Assembly (NCBI GenBank): GCA_025965795.1
Contig: JAOPWH010000118.1
Span: 5,091-69,090, forward strand
Reading direction: 5' to 3'
DNA: 64,000 nt
Origin: Blastococcus sp.
Lineage (GTDB): Bacteria > Actinomycetota > Actinomycetes > Mycobacteriales > Geodermatophilaceae
Shown: positions 28,731-36,976 of the stretch, in pieces
Layout of the letters: every line of letters begins with the position of its first letter
Numbering within the stretch: position 1 is the first letter of the stretch
Translations under genes and position numbers: made by a program
The notes under the pieces: generated by a model
Seen by the model: the letters and a program-made list of their open reading frames with translations, nothing else
Database searches by the model: none
What the model was told of the DNA's origin: nothing

Positions 28731-29435
28731 TCAGCGACTGGTGGGTGGCTCGTCCCCGGTGCGCGACAGCGGAATGCGCTCGACGAGGCCGGCCAGCGCG
28801 GCCAGCGCCGCACTGACGCCCTTGCCGACCGGCACCAGCTGCTCCGGCGCCCGCCGCAGGCCGGCGTCCACCAGGTCCCGGGCCCGGTCGAGCACGGTCA
28901 GCGGCAGACCGGAGAGCGCATTGCCCGGCGGACGTCGGGAGACAGTCGGGTGCGGCCGGGTCGGCGACACCCGTCGCATGACCACCCAGCGACGCCCGAG
29001 CCGCCTGAGCTCGTCCATCGACACCGCCTCCTGCAGGCGCGGGAAGAGCACGTCCTCCTCGTCCCGCACGTCCTCGCGCAATACCTCGACGAGCCGCGCG
29101 AGCCGGTCCGGGCGACGGGGATCGTCGGGCCCGTCGGCCTCCAGCGCGCTGACGAGCTCGTTGACCTCCTGGTGCTCCCGCTCGACCCGCAGGGTGAGTG
29201 CGTCGCCGTCGGGCAGGACCCGGCGCAGCACCGGCCACAGCACGGTCTCCTCCGCGAAGGCGTGGCTGAACACCAGCCGGTCGATGCGGGTCAGCACCTC
29301 CTCCTGCGCCGTGCCGGTGGCGCCGTCCAGCTCGTGCAGCAGCCGGTCGAGCTCCACGTGGTCGCGGCGCTGCCGGACGAGCACACTGCCGGGCCCGCCC
29401 AGCTCGTCGACGGTCTGATCGGCGATGGAGCGCAT
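28731..29435 (-). CDS. Hemerythrin (HHE) domain protein
   Basis: DHVEL, HAFAEETVLWP, EHQEV, DEEDVLFP, PTRPHP; GGAGG RBS. Confidence 0.85.
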   Translation of the reverse strand: MRSIADQTVDELGGPGSVLVRQRRDHVELDRLLHELDGATGTAQEEVLTRIDRLVFSHAFAEETVLWPVLRRVLPDGDALTLRVEREHQEVNELVSALEADGPDDPRRPDRLARLVEVLREDVRDEEDVLFPRLQEAVSMDELRRLGRRWVVMRRVSPTRPHPTVSRRPPGNALSGLPLTVLDRARDLVDAGLRRAPEQLVPVGKGVSAALAALAGLVERIPLSRTGDEPPTSR

Positions 29436-29564
29436 GGGGCTACCTCCGGGACGTCGGAACGGACCCCCCTCCTGCCCGCCGGACCACCGCGGCATTCGTC
29501 CCGGTTGGGTCCCCCGTTGCCCGGGGTAGGGGGCGGGGACTCCCGCTGCAGAGAGGCAGTCGCG

Positions 29565-30749
29565 ATGAGCGCCGAAGCGAAGATCGTCACCTCGGACTTC
29601 TACGATCTGGAGGCCCTGCTCGACGACGACGACCGGGATCTGCTGCACCGGGTGCGGACGTTCATGGACGAGCAGGTCCAGCCGATCATCAACGAGTACT
29701 GGACCCGGGCGGAGACCCCCCGGCACCTGATCCCCGAGATGGCGAAGCTCGGCATCGCGGGCACGCCCTACTCCGGCTACGGCTGTCCCGGGAAGTCCAC
29801 GCTGCTCGACGGGATGATCGCCATGGAGCTCTCCCGGGGCGACCCGTCGATGTCGACGTTCATGGGCGTGCACGGCGGGCTCGCCATGGGCAGCATCTAC
29901 CTCTGCGGATCCGAGGAGCAGAAGGAGCGCTGGCTCCCGGCCATGGCCCGCATGGAGCTGATCGGCGCCTTCGGCCTCACCGAGCCCGACTCCGGTTCCG
30001 ACGTCGCGCGCGGATTGCAGACCAAGGCCCGGCGGGACGGCGACTCCTGGGTCCTGGACGGGCAGAAGAAGTGGATCGGCAACGCCAGCTTCGCCGACCT
30101 CGTCATCATCTGGGCGCAGGACGTCGACTCGGGCCGGGTGCTGGGCTTCGTGGTCGAGAAGGGCACGGAGGGCTTCACCACCGTCGACCTCGAGGACAAG
30201 ATCGCGCTGCGCGCCGTGCAGAACGCGCTGATCACCCTCGACGGGGTGCGGGTGCCGGAGGAGAACCGCCTCCAGGAGGCCAACAGCTTCAAGGACACCG
30301 CCAGGGTGCTGAAGATGACCCGCGCCGGCGTCGCCTGGTCCGCCGTCGGCTGCTCCCGTGGGGCCTACGAGCACGCCCTCCGGTACGCCAACGAGCGCAC
30401 CCAGTTCGGCAAGCCGATCGCGAGCTTCCAGCTCGTGCAGGACCTGCTGGTCCGGATGCTCGGCAACATCACCGCCTCGGCGGCCCTGTGCGCCCGCCTC
30501 TCCCAGTTGCAGGACGAAGGGCGCATGAGCGACGAGCAGGCCTCGCTGGCCAAGGCGTTCAGCACCGTCCGCATGCGTGAGACGGTCGGCTGGGCACGCG
30601 AGCTCATGGGCGGGAACGGCATCCTGCTCGAGCACAACGTCGGCCGCTTCGTCGCCGACGCGGAGGCCATCTACTCCTACGAGGGCACCCGAGAGGTCAA
30701 CACGCTGATCGTGGGGCGGGCGATCACCGGCCGCGGTGCCATCGTCTGA
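29565..30749 (+). CDS. Acyl-CoA dehydrogenase (glutaryl-CoA DH/ACX4-like)
   Basis: AFGLTEPDSGSD, GQKKWIGN, RTQFGKPI, YSYEGT. Confidence 0.93.
   Translation: MSAEAKIVTSDFYDLEALLDDDDRDLLHRVRTFMDEQVQPIINEYWTRAETPRHLIPEMAKLGIAGTPYSGYGCPGKSTLLDGMIAMELSRGDPSMSTFMGVHGGLAMGSIYLCGSEEQKERWLPAMARMELIGAFGLTEPDSGSDVARGLQTKARRDGDSWVLDGQKKWIGNASFADLVIIWAQDVDSGRVLGFVVEKGTEGFTTVDLEDKIALRAVQNALITLDGVRVPEENRLQEANSFKDTARVLKMTRAGVAWSAVGCSRGAYEHALRYANERTQFGKPIASFQLVQDLLVRMLGNITASAALCARLSQLQDEGRMSDEQASLAKAFSTVRMRETVGWARELMGGNGILLEHNVGRFVADAEAIYSYEGTREVNTLIVGRAITGRGAIV
30682..30746 (+). repeat. Direct repeat copy 1 (3' end of acyl-CoA DH gene)
   Basis: 65 bp, 5 mismatches to 31130-31194, 40-bp perfect core. Confidence 0.92.
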
Positions 30750-30796
30750 GGCGGAGCCGGCGTACGGCGGCCCATCCGAGCGCTGCGGGGGATGGC

Positions 30797-31156
30797 GTGC
30801 TGATCCTGATCGGTGTGGGCACGGGCCTGGTCTACGGCGTCTGGGCCGCATCGGTCTGGGGCCTGCGCAAGACCCGGAGGGACCGGGCCCAGCTGCTCCT
30901 GGTCGGCCTCACGTCGACCCCGGTCCTCTGCATCTGGGGTGCCGAGTTGTTCGGGTGGCCGACGCCGGCGTCGATCGCCGTGTCCGTCGGTGCGGCGACC
31001 GGGTTCGCCGACCGACGCCTGCTCGCGGTGATCGAATTCGTCACGGCGGTGGTCGTCCTGGTGGCGCTGGGCAGGTCGCGCGTGACGCGTCGCTGGAGAC
31101 GTGGTCGAGCAGACCCGAGTGACCCGACCAGGGCACCCGCGAGGCGGACACGCTGA
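30797..31156 (+). CDS. Small hydrophobic hypothetical protein between the direct repeats
   Basis: 119-aa ORF with about 3 hydrophobic segments and a purine-rich RBS. Confidence 0.45.
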   Translation: MLILIGVGTGLVYGVWAASVWGLRKTRRDRAQLLLVGLTSTPVLCIWGAELFGWPTPASIAVSVGAATGFADRRLLAVIEFVTAVVVLVALGRSRVTRRWRRGRADPSDPTRAPARRTR

Positions 31157-31194
31157 TCGTGGGGCGGGCGATCACCGGCCGCGGTGCGATCGTC
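31130..31194 (+). repeat. Direct repeat copy 2
   Basis: Copy of 30682-30746 at offset 448. Confidence 0.92.
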
Positions 31195-31203
31195 CGGGAC
31201 AGC

Positions 31204-32106
31204 TCAGCGGGTGTCCCACCACTGGGCGGCGGCCTCGGCCGGGGTCAACCCCTTGGTCTCGACCGCCTCGTTGAGCAGGACGAGGTCGCCGGTGGACAGC
31301 TGCGCGCTGACGTCGTCGAGCGCCGTCCGCAGCTTCTCGCCCCAGCGGTCGATCGCCGCCCTTCGCACCAGGGGGACGACGTTCTCCCGCGGCTGCAGCG
31401 CCAGATCGTCGCTCAGCAGCGCGATCGCGGACGTCGCCAGCCGGGCGTCCGTCGTCTCCAGCAGTCCGACGTCGATCTGCCCGGACAGCAGGGCCTCCAC
31501 CGTGGCGGCCCGGGACGGCATGGACCGGACCTTCCCGAAGCGCAGGCCGTACGTGTCCTCGAGCCCCTTCAGGCAGTAGGGCCGGTCGGGGCACTCGGGC
31601 GGCCCACCGAAGGTCAGCTGCGGCGCGAGCGGCTCCAGCTGGGACAGCCGGAACACCCGGTTCTTGGTGGAGAACGCGATCGTCACGGCGAAGCCGTTCT
31701 GATCCTCCGCCCCCGCCGGCTCGAGCACCGCCACCCCGCGCGCGCCGAGGGTCCGCGCCAGCACGGCGTGCATCTCGGCCGGATCCTTGGGCAGGTCGGA
31801 GTCGGTGGGGCGCGAGAACGTGAGCGCCGTCCCCAGATAGTCCACGACGACGTCCACCACGCCCTGCTGGAGCGCCGGCGCCACCACCTCGCGGGTGCCG
31901 ACGCCATGCTGGACGGAGACCGGCAGCCCGCGGCGGCGGGCCGCCTCGGCGTAGACCTCGACCAGGGTCTGGTTCTCCGCGAAGTCGTAGGAGGCGAACC
32001 GGACGGTCGTCACCTGCGCCGCCGGTTCGGGCTTCGTCGACCCGCAGGCCGGGATGCCGACCAGCAGCACCAGGACGGCGAGGAGGCCGGCTGGGCGAGG
32101 TCGCAC
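31204..32106 (-). CDS. OpuAC/OsmF-type ABC substrate-binding lipoprotein (orphan)
   Basis: IPAC lipobox; DFAENQ, DYLGT, DQNGFAV, GGPPECPDRPYC, ENVVPL; GAGGAG RBS. Confidence 0.88.
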   Translation of the reverse strand: MRPRPAGLLAVLVLLVGIPACGSTKPEPAAQVTTVRFASYDFAENQTLVEVYAEAARRRGLPVSVQHGVGTREVVAPALQQGVVDVVVDYLGTALTFSRPTDSDLPKDPAEMHAVLARTLGARGVAVLEPAGAEDQNGFAVTIAFSTKNRVFRLSQLEPLAPQLTFGGPPECPDRPYCLKGLEDTYGLRFGKVRSMPSRAATVEALLSGQIDVGLLETTDARLATSAIALLSDDLALQPRENVVPLVRRAAIDRWGEKLRTALDDVSAQLSTGDLVLLNEAVETKGLTPAEAAAQWWDTR

Positions 32107-32207
32107 GGCGGCTCCTCCCCGGCGGGGGCTCGGGCCGGGCCACCGTAGCGCCGGACCGGGACGAAAGGGGATGACCGCGCGCCGGTACGGGTGGAACATC
32201 AGCCGGC

Positions 32208-33911
32208 ATGGCCTCGCTGCCGCAGGCTCCGCCCGACGCGGGCCGGACCATTCCGGTTCCGCGGCCGGCTCCACCCGCGATCCAGCGCGTCCGCAGGCGC
32301 CGCCGTCCGTCGGGGGAACCCCCTCCCCTCCCCCGTCACCTCAACGCCTCGGGCAAGTGGTGGCTGAGCCTCAGCGGCATGGTCGTGGTCGCGTGGGCGG
32401 TCGTTCTCGCGACCGGCAGTGTCACCGTCTTCGACGTCGCCGACACCCGGGTGCTGCAGGCTTTCGCCGAGTTCCGGACGCCGTGGCTGACCCGGGTCGC
32501 CGACGTCGCGGGGGTGCTGGGCACGGCACCGGCCATCTACGTCATCTGGCTGACCAACCTGGTCACGCTCGCTGCGCTGCGGCGGTGGCGGCACCTGTTC
32601 GTCTGGGTCGGGGTCGGCACGATCGTGGTGAGCATCGCCGCCGGGATGGCGAGCCTCCTGCGGCGGCCACGTCCCTACGAGGTGGAGATCCTGGGTTCGT
32701 GGGCGGGCTTCTCCATGCCGTCGCTCCCGATGACGGTGCTCAGCGCCTTCCTGGTCAGCATGGCCTACTCGCTCGTCCCGTCCGGCCGCTACCGGACGAA
32801 GGCCAAGTGGGCGATCGCCGGGCTGCTCCTGCTGACCGCCCTGTCCCGGCTCTACCTCGCCCAGGACCATCCGACCGACATCCTGGCCGGTGTCATCCTC
32901 GGCGTCGCGGTCACGCTGGCGGCCTTCCGCCTGCTGACGCCCAACGACGTCTACCCCGTGCGCTACAGCCGCGGCCGCCCGGCGCACCTGGACGTGACCG
33001 GCGCCCGCGGCGAGGCCATCGTCCGGGCGCTGCACGACCAGTTGGGCCTCATCGCCGGAGAGGTCAAGCCGTTCAACCTGGCTGGGTCCGGCGGCTCGAC
33101 GCCGTTGCGGATCACGGTGAAGGGCGACCCGGACACCTACGTCTTCGGCAAGCTCTACGCGGCCACGCACGTGCGGTCCGACCGCTGGTACAAGCTCGGT
33201 CGCACCCTGCTCTACGGGCGGCTGGAGGACGAGCAGCCGTACCACTCCGTCCGGCGGCTGGTGCAGTACGAGGACTACGTGCTGCGGCTGCTCTCCGACG
33301 CCGGCCTGCCGGTGGCGCATCCGCTCGGCGTCGTCGAGATCACCCCGGAGCGGGAGTACCTGCTGGTCAACGAGTTCTTCGACGGCGCCGAGGAGATCGG
33401 TGACGCAGAGATCGACGACAACGTCATCGACCAGGGGCTGTCCGTCGTCCGCCGGATGTGGGAGATCGGCCTGGCCCACCGGGACATCAAGCCCGCCAAC
33501 CTGATGGTGCGCGGCGGAACGCTGTTCCTCATCGACACCGCATTCGCCGAGGTCCGGCCCAGCCCGTGGCGGCAGGCGGTGGACCTCGCCAACATGATGC
33601 TGGTTCTCGGGCTCCGGACCAGCGCCGAGCGCGTGTACCAGCGTGCCCGGCGCCAGTTCTCGGACGAGGAGATCGCCGAGGCCTTCGCCGCCACCCGCGG
33701 GCTGACCATGCCCTCCCAGCTTCGCCGCATGCTGCGCCAGCAGGGCCGCGACCTGCACGGCGACTTCCTCCAACTGCTGCCGTACCGGCTGCCACCCATC
33801 AAGATCCAACGCTGGACCTGGCGGCGCGTGGTGCTGACCGTCGCCACCTTGTTCGGCGGGATCCTCGCCGGCGCGTTCATCGTCAGCACCCTGCTCGGGT
33901 CGCCGCTGTGA
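32208..33911 (+). CDS. Membrane protein: degenerate PAP2 domain fused to a kinase-like domain
   Basis: RPRP / SMPSLP / SRLYLAQDHPTD; FGKLY, HRDIKPANL, IDTAFA; C-terminal TM. Confidence 0.82.
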   Translation: MASLPQAPPDAGRTIPVPRPAPPAIQRVRRRRRPSGEPPPLPRHLNASGKWWLSLSGMVVVAWAVVLATGSVTVFDVADTRVLQAFAEFRTPWLTRVADVAGVLGTAPAIYVIWLTNLVTLAALRRWRHLFVWVGVGTIVVSIAAGMASLLRRPRPYEVEILGSWAGFSMPSLPMTVLSAFLVSMAYSLVPSGRYRTKAKWAIAGLLLLTALSRLYLAQDHPTDILAGVILGVAVTLAAFRLLTPNDVYPVRYSRGRPAHLDVTGARGEAIVRALHDQLGLIAGEVKPFNLAGSGGSTPLRITVKGDPDTYVFGKLYAATHVRSDRWYKLGRTLLYGRLEDEQPYHSVRRLVQYEDYVLRLLSDAGLPVAHPLGVVEITPEREYLLVNEFFDGAEEIGDAEIDDNVIDQGLSVVRRMWEIGLAHRDIKPANLMVRGGTLFLIDTAFAEVRPSPWRQAVDLANMMLVLGLRTSAERVYQRARRQFSDEEIAEAFAATRGLTMPSQLRRMLRQQGRDLHGDFLQLLPYRLPPIKIQRWTWRRVVLTVATLFGGILAGAFIVSTLLGSPL

Positions 33912-34507
33912 ACGGGCGCGCCGCGGTGCCCCTGCTGGCCCTCCTCCTCGGCCTGGGCCTCACCGGGTGCTCCAGCGACAACACCGCCACGATCGTCGAG
34001 CCGAGCTGCGCGGAGGGCCAGCACGGAGCAGCCTCGAACGCCGTCGTCCTCATGGCCCAGTCGGTGCCCTCTGCCACCTGGGTGCCGTGCCTGCGGACCG
34101 CGCTGCCGCTGGGCTGGAGCTTCCACCATCTCGACGCCCGCAACGGGGGAGCCCGCTTCTGGCTGGACTCCGACCGGGACGGGGCACAGGCGATCGAGGT
34201 GCGCCTCGACGACTCCTGCAGCACCACCGGGGCGACCGAGATCCCCAGCGACCGCGAGGAGATGCGCCGCTACGAACGGATCACGCGGACCACGCCGGAC
34301 TTCGCGGGTAAGCGCTACTACGTCTTCGACGGCGGCTGCATCACCTTCGCCTTCCACCTGAGCGGAGACAGCCGGGGCGAACCGTTGGCCCTCGCGACCC
34401 AGGCGGTGGGTGCCGTCCGCCGGGCGGACCTGGTGGCGCAGGTGCACGAGGAGAGCGGGGGCCGGCTCTCCCTGGACCCGGTCGGAACGGGAGCGGGCGA
34501 GCCATGA
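33908..34507 (+). CDS. Lipoprotein of unknown function
   Basis: GTGA overlap; LTGC lipobox; four further Cys. Confidence 0.8.
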   Translation: MNGRAAVPLLALLLGLGLTGCSSDNTATIVEPSCAEGQHGAASNAVVLMAQSVPSATWVPCLRTALPLGWSFHHLDARNGGARFWLDSDRDGAQAIEVRLDDSCSTTGATEIPSDREEMRRYERITRTTPDFAGKRYYVFDGGCITFAFHLSGDSRGEPLALATQAVGAVRRADLVAQVHEESGGRLSLDPVGTGAGEP

Positions 34508-35595
34508 GCGAACAGGCCGCGCCTTCGCGACGGGGACAGCGCCCGCTCTGGAGACGACTGCTGGGCCCGCTGCTGTCCGTCGCCCTGCTCGTCGCCGTCT
34601 TCGTGTGGTTCCTCCCGCAGTTCACCAGCCTCGCCGACGTCTGGACGTCGGTGCGCTCGATGACCACGGCGGAGGTCGGGGTCCTCCTGCTCGCCGCGGT
34701 CTGGAACCTGGCGACGTACCAGTTCGTCGTGGTGACCACCATGCCCGGGCAGACCTTCCGGCAGGCCACGGTCGCCACCGAGACGACCACGGCGGTGTCC
34801 AACACCGTCGTGGGCGGTGCGGCGATCTCCCTGGGACTCACGTACGCCATGAACTCCTCCTGGGGCTTCTCCCGGTCGCGGACCTCGGTGTCCCTCCTGG
34901 TCAGCGGCCTGTTCAACAATTTCGCGAAACTCGGCCTCCCCGTGCTCGCACTGGTGCTGCTGGCGTTCCAGGGCACGCCGGGTGCCGGCCGGCTGGCGGC
35001 GGGCCTGGCGGGCGTCGCCGGGCTGGTGGTCGCGGTGATCGCCCTGTGGCTGCTGCTGCGCAGCCGGGAGAGCGCCGCGCGCCTGGGCATCGGCGCCGGA
35101 CGGGTGGCCTCGGCGCTGCTGCGTCCCTTCGGGCGGCCGCCCGTTCAGGGCTGGGACCTGGCGACCACGAAGTTCCGCGACCGGACGGCGCTCCTGCTGC
35201 ACGCGCGCTGGCACTGGATCACCCTGGCCACCCTGGTCAGCCACCTGTCGCTGTTCGCCGTCCTCCTGCTCGCCCTGCGCTTCGTGGGGGTCGGCGCCGA
35301 GGAGGTGAGCTGGGCCGAGGCGCTCGCCGTGTTCGCCTTCGCACGGCTGTTGACGGCGATCCCCTTCACCCCGGGCGGCCTCGGCGTCGTGGAGTTCGCT
35401 CTGATCACCGGGCTGGCCGCCGCGGGCGGCCCGCGCGCCCTCGTCGCGGCGGCCGTGCTGATCTTCCGTGCGCTCACCTACGTGCTGCCGATCCCGATCG
35501 GCCTGGTCACCTACGTGATCTGGCAGCGAAACCGCTCGTGGCGGCGGGCCGCGAACTCGGCGCCGCGCACCGACCTGGTGCCGGAGACGGTGTGA
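34504..35595 (+). CDS. LPG_synthase_TM (UPF0104) flippase-like membrane protein
   Basis: IPFTPGGLGVVE, AAVLIFRALTY motifs; multiple TM; ATGA overlap. Confidence 0.88.
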   Translation: MSEQAAPSRRGQRPLWRRLLGPLLSVALLVAVFVWFLPQFTSLADVWTSVRSMTTAEVGVLLLAAVWNLATYQFVVVTTMPGQTFRQATVATETTTAVSNTVVGGAAISLGLTYAMNSSWGFSRSRTSVSLLVSGLFNNFAKLGLPVLALVLLAFQGTPGAGRLAAGLAGVAGLVVAVIALWLLLRSRESAARLGIGAGRVASALLRPFGRPPVQGWDLATTKFRDRTALLLHARWHWITLATLVSHLSLFAVLLLALRFVGVGAEEVSWAEALAVFAFARLLTAIPFTPGGLGVVEFALITGLAAAGGPRALVAAAVLIFRALTYVLPIPIGLVTYVIWQRNRSWRRAANSAPRTDLVPETV

Positions 35596-36215
35596 GCACC
35601 ACCGCCTCCGCAGTGCACGCCCGGACCCGGCGCGGATGGCCCGAGATCGCGCTGCTCGTGACCGGGGGCGCCGTCCTCGTGCTCGCCGCCGTGCCGGTCG
35701 ACGCCGACCGTGTCGCGGGCGCGGAAGCCGCGGTCTTCCGGGTCCTCAACGGCACCACCGTGTTGCCGTTCGTGTTCGTCTGGCCGGTCATGCAGCTCGG
35801 CAACCTCCTCGTCGTCCCGGCGGCCGGGCTGGTCGCCGTCGCCTTCCGCCGGTGGCGTCTCGCCGGCGAGCTGCTGGTCGCCGGAGCCGGCACCTACCTG
35901 CTGGCCAAGGTGGTCAAGGGCCTGGTCCCCCGGGGTCGCCCGGACGGCCTGGTGGCCGACGTCATCATCCGCGGCGCGGAGGCGCACGGGCGCGGGTTCG
36001 TGTCCGGGCACGCCGCCGTCCTGGCGGCGCTCGCCGCGGTGGCCTGGCCGTGGCTGGGCAGGTCGGGGCGGATCACGGTCGCCGTACTCGTCGTCGTGGT
36101 CTCCCTGACCCGGGTCTACGTCGGCGCGCACCTCCCGCTCGACGTGGTGGGCGGGGCGGCCCTCGGGCTGCTGGTGGCCGGCGCGGTCCGGTTGCTGATC
36201 GGGCGACCGGCGTGA
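35592..36215 (+). CDS. PAP2-family phosphatase
   Basis: KGLVPRGRP, FVSGH, TRVYVGAHLPLD. Confidence 0.9.
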   Translation: MSTTASAVHARTRRGWPEIALLVTGGAVLVLAAVPVDADRVAGAEAAVFRVLNGTTVLPFVFVWPVMQLGNLLVVPAAGLVAVAFRRWRLAGELLVAGAGTYLLAKVVKGLVPRGRPDGLVADVIIRGAEAHGRGFVSGHAAVLAALAAVAWPWLGRSGRITVAVLVVVVSLTRVYVGAHLPLDVVGGAALGLLVAGAVRLLIGRPA

Positions 36216-36862
36216 TGCTGGTCGACAACCGGCGCGGGCTGGTCGTGAGCGGATGCCTGCTGGCCGGGGCCGTCCTGGTGAGCGTCCTCTATCTCCTCCC
36301 GGCGACCCGCCCGGCGGTCCAGGCGGTGGACGACGCGGTGGAACGGTTCGCGCTCGCGATCGAGAACCGGCCGACGACGGTCGTCGCCGTCGGCCTGTCC
36401 TGGCTCGGCAGCGCCGTCGTGAACTGGCCGCTCCGCGTGGCGGCCCTGGTCCTGCTCGCGTGGCGCCGGCACTGGCTGCGGCTGGCGGCGTTCGGCCTCG
36501 CCGTGCTGTCCAGCGAGCTGCTGATCGGCGTGGTCAAGTCCGCCGTGGACCGACCCCGACCGTCGGGGAGCCTGATCGCCACCACGGGAGCGGCGTTTCC
36601 GTCGGGACACGCGATCGCGACCGCGGTGACCGCCGTCGGGCTGGTGCTGGTGCTGGCACCACCCGGGCGGCAGCGCTGGCGGTGGGAGCTTCGGGCGGTC
36701 GAGTTCACCGCCGTCATGGCGCTCTCCCGCGTCTATCTACGCGCCCATTGGCTGTCGGACACGCTCGCGGGCGCACTGCTCGGAGCCGGCCTCGCGCTGG
36801 GCTGGCCGGCCCTGCTGATGGCGCTCCGTCATCGCCGGGACGCCCGGGCGCCGACCGCCTGA
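36215..36862 (+). CDS. PAP2-family phosphatase
   Basis: KSAVDRPRP, FPSGH, SRVYLRAHWLSD. Confidence 0.9.
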   Translation: MLVDNRRGLVVSGCLLAGAVLVSVLYLLPATRPAVQAVDDAVERFALAIENRPTTVVAVGLSWLGSAVVNWPLRVAALVLLAWRRHWLRLAAFGLAVLSSELLIGVVKSAVDRPRPSGSLIATTGAAFPSGHAIATAVTAVGLVLVLAPPGRQRWRWELRAVEFTAVMALSRVYLRAHWLSDTLAGALLGAGLALGWPALLMALRHRRDARAPTA

Positions 36863-36976
36863 GACCGGTCTGCCGGTTCCGGGCGGCTGTGGTTCAGTGA
36901 GTGGCGTCACATCGTGCGCTCGGGGGCGGGGCGCCTTTCCCCTCGTGCCTGCGCAGCGCTCAGAGGAGAAGACTCG

